A program made the position numbers and the translations under genes. The notes beneath the pieces are model-generated. The model did no database searches. It saw only the letters and a list, made by a program, of their open reading frames with translations, and was not told the origin of the DNA. A DNA stretch of 62,444 nucleotides, counting the filler. It is 6 parts of 6 records of this genome, joined end to end, with 100 filler letters (N's around TTAATTAATTAA, not from the genome) between each part and the next. Parts side by side here need not be neighbours in the genome. Positions count along the whole stretch, not along the records: positions 49,930 to 62,444 come from SRR20825006_2934; 5 more parts are not named here. One strand, 5' to 3'. Every line of letters starts with the position of its first letter. Position 1 is the stretch's first letter. Of this stretch, positions 59,029-62,444 are shown one piece after another.

Positions 59029-59445
59029 CTAATCATATTTTACTCGTTCTATGGACATCCACATTTTTGAATCTCCCACTTTTTTAAAGCCCATGTTTTC
59101 ATAAAAACTATGGGCATCCAATGTTTTTAGTGCTACAGTGTTGACTTTCTTCACATCAGGCTGGTCCAAAATATATTGCACCAATTTTTTCCCAAGTCCT
59201 TTGCCCTTGTTGGGATCAAAGACGACAACATCCATAATATAGGAAAAAACCAAACCGTCTGTCATCATTCTGGCGTAAGCAACCTGCTCACCGTTCTTAT
59301 TGAACATTCCAAAGCAGATACTTTTTTCAATGGCCATCAAGGTTTCGTCCCAGGTTCTTTCCTTTCCCCAGTATGTGGAGGTTACCTCTTTATGGATTCT
59401 TGGGATATCCAATTTCTCCTTGTCCTTCAAAATATGGAACTCCAT
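59029..59445 (-). CDS. GNAT family N-acetyltransferase
   Basis: DVVV...KGKGLGK and AHSFYE.MGF. Confidence 0.85.
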   Translation of the reverse strand: MEFHILKDKEKLDIPRIHKEVTSTYWGKERTWDETLMAIEKSICFGMFNKNGEQVAYARMMTDGLVFSYIMDVVVFDPNKGKGLGKKLVQYILDQPDVKKVNTVALKTLDAHSFYENMGFKKVGDSKMWMSIERVKYD

Positions 59446-59446
59446 G

Positions 59447-60031
59447 TCAGGTAATATTTAGAAAATTGTTCAATATTTCACTACCTATATCGCTGCTTTT
59501 TTCGGGATGGAACTGTACCCCATAAAAATTTTCTTTCTGCAGAGCTGCACTATATTCCACATCGTATTCGGATTTGGCAATAGTTTCAGAGCCAATCGGA
59601 GCATAAAAACTGTGCACCAAATAGATATAGGATTTATCAGGAATATCGGTAAACAACTTGCTTTTTAAGTCCGAAATCTGATTCCATCCAATTTGTGGCA
59701 CTTTCACTTTGTTGGAGAATTTGACCACATCCAAATCAAAGATGCCCAAGCCTTCCGTGTTCCCCTCTTCTGATGAGTGGCACATCAGCTGCATACCCAA
59801 ACAGATGCCCAAGACGGGTTGTTTCAAAGTCGGAATCACCTGATCCAGTCCAGTCGCCCTCAACTTTGACATGGCTGAACTTGCTTCCCCAACTCCAGGA
59901 AAAATTACTTTATCGGCATTTCGGATTTCTTCTGCATCATGGCTCAAAACAGCTTCGTAACCTAAGCGTTGTATGGCAAACATGATACTTTGAATATTTC
60001 CTGCTCCGTAATCGATTATTACAATCTTCAT
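59447..60031 (-). CDS. hisH: Imidazole glycerol phosphate synthase glutaminase subunit
   Basis: DYGAGN, PGVG, GICLGMQ and QFHPEKS. Confidence 0.97.
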   Translation of the reverse strand: MKIVIIDYGAGNIQSIMFAIQRLGYEAVLSHDAEEIRNADKVIFPGVGEASSAMSKLRATGLDQVIPTLKQPVLGICLGMQLMCHSSEEGNTEGLGIFDLDVVKFSNKVKVPQIGWNQISDLKSKLFTDIPDKSYIYLVHSFYAPIGSETIAKSEYDVEYSAALQKENFYGVQFHPEKSSDIGSEILNNFLNIT

Positions 60032-60047
60032 GTATTCTTTAATCTTT

Positions 60048-60108
60048 TGTCATTTCGAGCAAAGCGAGAAATCTAGATTTATCAGTCGCAAGCTCCTTCG
60101 AAATGACA
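60048..60108. repeat. REP-like palindromic element (TGTCATTTCGA...TCGAAATGACA)
   Basis: Perfect 11-bp inverted repeat bounding 61 bp in the hisB-hisH spacer. Confidence 0.7.
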
Positions 60109-60113
60109 GTTTT

Positions 60114-61250
60114 TTATAGCATACCCTTGGTAGAGGGCAGCACCATTTTTTCAGCATCCCGTTTTACCGCCATTTTAATGGACTTGGCAAAAGCTTTGAA
60201 TATGGCCTCGATTTTATGGTGTTCGTTGGTTCCTTCGGCCTTGATGTTCAAATTGGCTTTGGCGCCATCGGTAAACGATTTAAAAAAGTGCATGAACATT
60301 TCCGTTGGCATATCACCCACTTTTTCACGTTTGAATTCGGTATCCCAGACCAACCAATTCCGTCCTCCAAAATCAATGGCAACTTGTGCAAGACAATCGT
60401 CCATGGGCAAGGCAAAACCATAGCGTTCAATGCCCAACTTATTGCCCAAAGCTTTGGAAAACAGCTCGCCCAAGGCAATAGCGGTATCTTCAATGGTGTG
60501 GTGTTCATCCACCTCTAAATCGCCATCTACTCTGATTTCCAAATCCATTTGTCCGTGCCTAGCTAGCTGGTCCAACATATGGTCAAAAAACGCCAGACCT
60601 GTATTGATGTCACTTTTTCCTGTGCCGTCAAGGTTAATTTTGATATAGATATCGGTCTCGTTAGTTTTTCGGGTTATTTCCGCAACACGATTTTCCAATT
60701 TTAGAAATTCATAAATTTTCTCCCAATCGTTGCTTTCCAAGGCGATGTACTCATCCAATTCTTCACGTTTTACTGTAATTTCCCCTGTGCCCAAATGTGT
60801 TTCATCATTGATAAAGATTCCTTTGGCACCCAGATTTTTGGCCAATTCAACATCTGTCAAACGGTCACCAATCACAAATGAATTGGCTAAATCATATTCA
60901 TCGGAAAAATAGGAGGTCAACATACCCGTACCTGGTTTTCGGGTATTGGCGTTGTCTTTTGGAAAGGTCCTGTCAATAAAAACATTATCGAAATTTACAC
61001 CTTCGCTCTCAAAAGCTTTGATGATGAAATTATGTACGGGCCAAAACGTATTCTCAGGAAAAATGTCGGTCCCAAGGCCATCTTGATTGGTGATCATCAC
61101 CAGTTCATAGTCCAACTCTTTGGCAATTTTGCCCAAATAAGTAAATACCTTAGGGTAAAAAACCATTTTTTCAAAAGCATCTATCTGCTCATCTACAGTT
61201 TCCTTGATGATGGTTCCATCACGATCAATAAACAATACTTTTTTGCCCAT
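60114..61250 (-). CDS. hisB: Bifunctional histidinol-phosphatase / imidazoleglycerol-phosphate dehydratase
   Basis: FIDRDGT, HHTIED, HHKIEA and PSTKG. Confidence 0.97.
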   Translation of the reverse strand: MGKKVLFIDRDGTIIKETVDEQIDAFEKMVFYPKVFTYLGKIAKELDYELVMITNQDGLGTDIFPENTFWPVHNFIIKAFESEGVNFDNVFIDRTFPKDNANTRKPGTGMLTSYFSDEYDLANSFVIGDRLTDVELAKNLGAKGIFINDETHLGTGEITVKREELDEYIALESNDWEKIYEFLKLENRVAEITRKTNETDIYIKINLDGTGKSDINTGLAFFDHMLDQLARHGQMDLEIRVDGDLEVDEHHTIEDTAIALGELFSKALGNKLGIERYGFALPMDDCLAQVAIDFGGRNWLVWDTEFKREKVGDMPTEMFMHFFKSFTDGAKANLNIKAEGTNEHHKIEAIFKAFAKSIKMAVKRDAEKMVLPSTKGML

Positions 61251-62296
61251 TAGTTCAATTCTTTTAAAATGGCTATCAATTTTTTGTTCTCCTCTGGTGT
61301 GCCTACGGTAAATCGCAACGTATTCTCACAGAGCGGCTGCGTGCTTCGGTTACGCACCACCACTTGTTTATCCAATAATTGTTGGTAGCGTTTGTTGGCA
61401 TCGTCAACTTTGGCCAATACAAAATTGGCGTCGGTTGGATATAATTCCCTTACAAATTCCAAACCGTTCAAAGCATTGATCAATTCATCTCTTTCATCAA
61501 GAATCTGTTGCACCTCTCTATTGACCAAGTCTTGGTTCAACACCCGTTGTAAGGCACGTTGCTGCGTCAATTGGTTGACATTGTAGGGTGGTTTGATTTT
61601 GTTCAAAACACCGATAATTTCTTCTGATGCATAGCATATGCCCAATCGGATACCAGCCAGTCCATAGGCTTTGGACAGCGTTTGGGTCACAATCAAATTG
61701 GGATAGTCATCCAATTTCGACAACCAACTTTCATCCTTTGAAAAATCGATATAGGCTTCGTCAATCACCACCAAGCCCTGAAAGTATTTCAGCAATTTTT
61801 CGATGGCTTCTTCTTTGAAAGCGTTGCCCGTAGGATTATTTGGCGAACAAATGAATAACAACTTGGTTTTGATATTCACCGCCATTAAAATTTCATCCAC
61901 ATTGGGTTCGAAATCATTGGTTAACAGAACCTCCTTGTTTTTAACTGCATTGATGCCTGCCAGCACCTTGTACATTCCGTAAGTTGGTGGCAGCGTGATA
62001 ATATTATCCTGATTCGGTTCACAAAACGCCCTGTAGATCAAATCCAAGACCTCGTCGCTCCCATTCCCGAGTAAAATTTGATTTTCTGACACTCCTTTCT
62101 GCTCCGCCAACAACGATTTTAAACTTCGCTGGTAAGGGTCTGGGTAGCGGTTGACGCCATTATCGAAGGGATTTTCGTTGGCATCCAAAAATATCATCTC
62201 CGAACCATCCGAGACATATTCATCACGTGCGGAAGAGTACGGTTGTAGCTTAAGAACCGATTCCCTCACCAATTTATTTAAATCAAACCCTTCCAT
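61250..62296 (-). CDS. hisC: Histidinol-phosphate aminotransferase
   Basis: DANEN, GNGSDE, PNNPTG, DEAY and [14 protein letters not shown]. Confidence 0.97.
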   Translation of the reverse strand: MEGFDLNKLVRESVLKLQPYSSARDEYVSDGSEMIFLDANENPFDNGVNRYPDPYQRSLKSLLAEQKGVSENQILLGNGSDEVLDLIYRAFCEPNQDNIITLPPTYGMYKVLAGINAVKNKEVLLTNDFEPNVDEILMAVNIKTKLLFICSPNNPTGNAFKEEAIEKLLKYFQGLVVIDEAYIDFSKDESWLSKLDDYPNLIVTQTLSKAYGLAGIRLGICYASEEIIGVLNKIKPPYNVNQLTQQRALQRVLNQDLVNREVQQILDERDELINALNGLEFVRELYPTDANFVLAKVDDANKRYQQLLDKQVVVRNRSTQPLCENTLRFTVGTPEENKKLIAILKELN

Positions 62297-62444
62297 TATT
62301 TTAAACTTTTTAATCTAAGGGTTACCGCATTTTTATGTGCCTGCAATCCTTCCGCTTCAGCCATCAGTTCAATGGCAGTTCCGATACCTTTGATGCCTTT
62401 TTCGGATATTTTCTGAAAGGTCATGCTCTTCATAAAACTATCCA
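62296..62444 (-). CDS. hisD: Histidinol dehydrogenase, C-terminal part (partial)
   Basis: DSFMKSMTFQ...AEAEGLQAHKNAVTLRL; stop overlaps the hisC ATG. Confidence 0.92.
   Translation of the reverse strand, partial: DSFMKSMTFQKISEKGIKGIGTAIELMAEAEGLQAHKNAVTLRLKSLK

Overview
The window is not one locus. It is six unrelated contigs joined by 100-bp artificial spacers (N44-TTAATTAATTAA-N44) at 20462-20561, 27059-27158, 35759-35858, 41667-41766 and 49830-49929. Taxonomic labels are inferred from base composition and protein style only. (1) 1-20461, AT-rich Flavobacteriaceae-like: an arsenosugar-type operon (CMD/AhpD-like, arsS, DUF2064 transferase, purine nucleoside phosphorylase, arsM, sterol-desaturase family), a HAD plus sugar porter, a molybdenum-cofactor/XdhC cluster, cbpA-cbpM, outer-membrane protein genes and a partial tRNA-Met. 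(2) 20562-27058, marine gammaproteobacterium-like: frmA end, arylsulfatase, porin, AraC regulator, 8-heme cytochrome c-TPR protein and a DUF1329-like 3' end. (3) 27159-35758, GC-rich myxobacterium/Bradymonadales-like: a CHC2-TOPRIM primase-like gene beside a 64-bp AT-rich palindrome, a Ser/Thr kinase, a nitrilase, a dif-like Xer site and a 20-bp inverted-repeat pair about 8 kb apart. (4) 35859-41666, alphaproteobacterium (Thalassospira-like): rpmJ end, two tandem class III cyclases, Lrp and a saccharopine/lysine dehydrogenase. (5) 41767-49829, Flavobacteriaceae-like: tmRNA 3' end, integrase relic, GH29-sulfatase-GH95 and GH88. (6) 49930-62444, Flavobacteriaceae-like: TonB receptor, an ECF sigma locus with a thrice-repeated promoter motif, and the his operon with three inserted genes. 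The best candidates for undescribed biology are the PNP-containing arsenosugar operon, the sulfatase/octaheme-cytochrome locus and the primase/palindrome/dif-like region.
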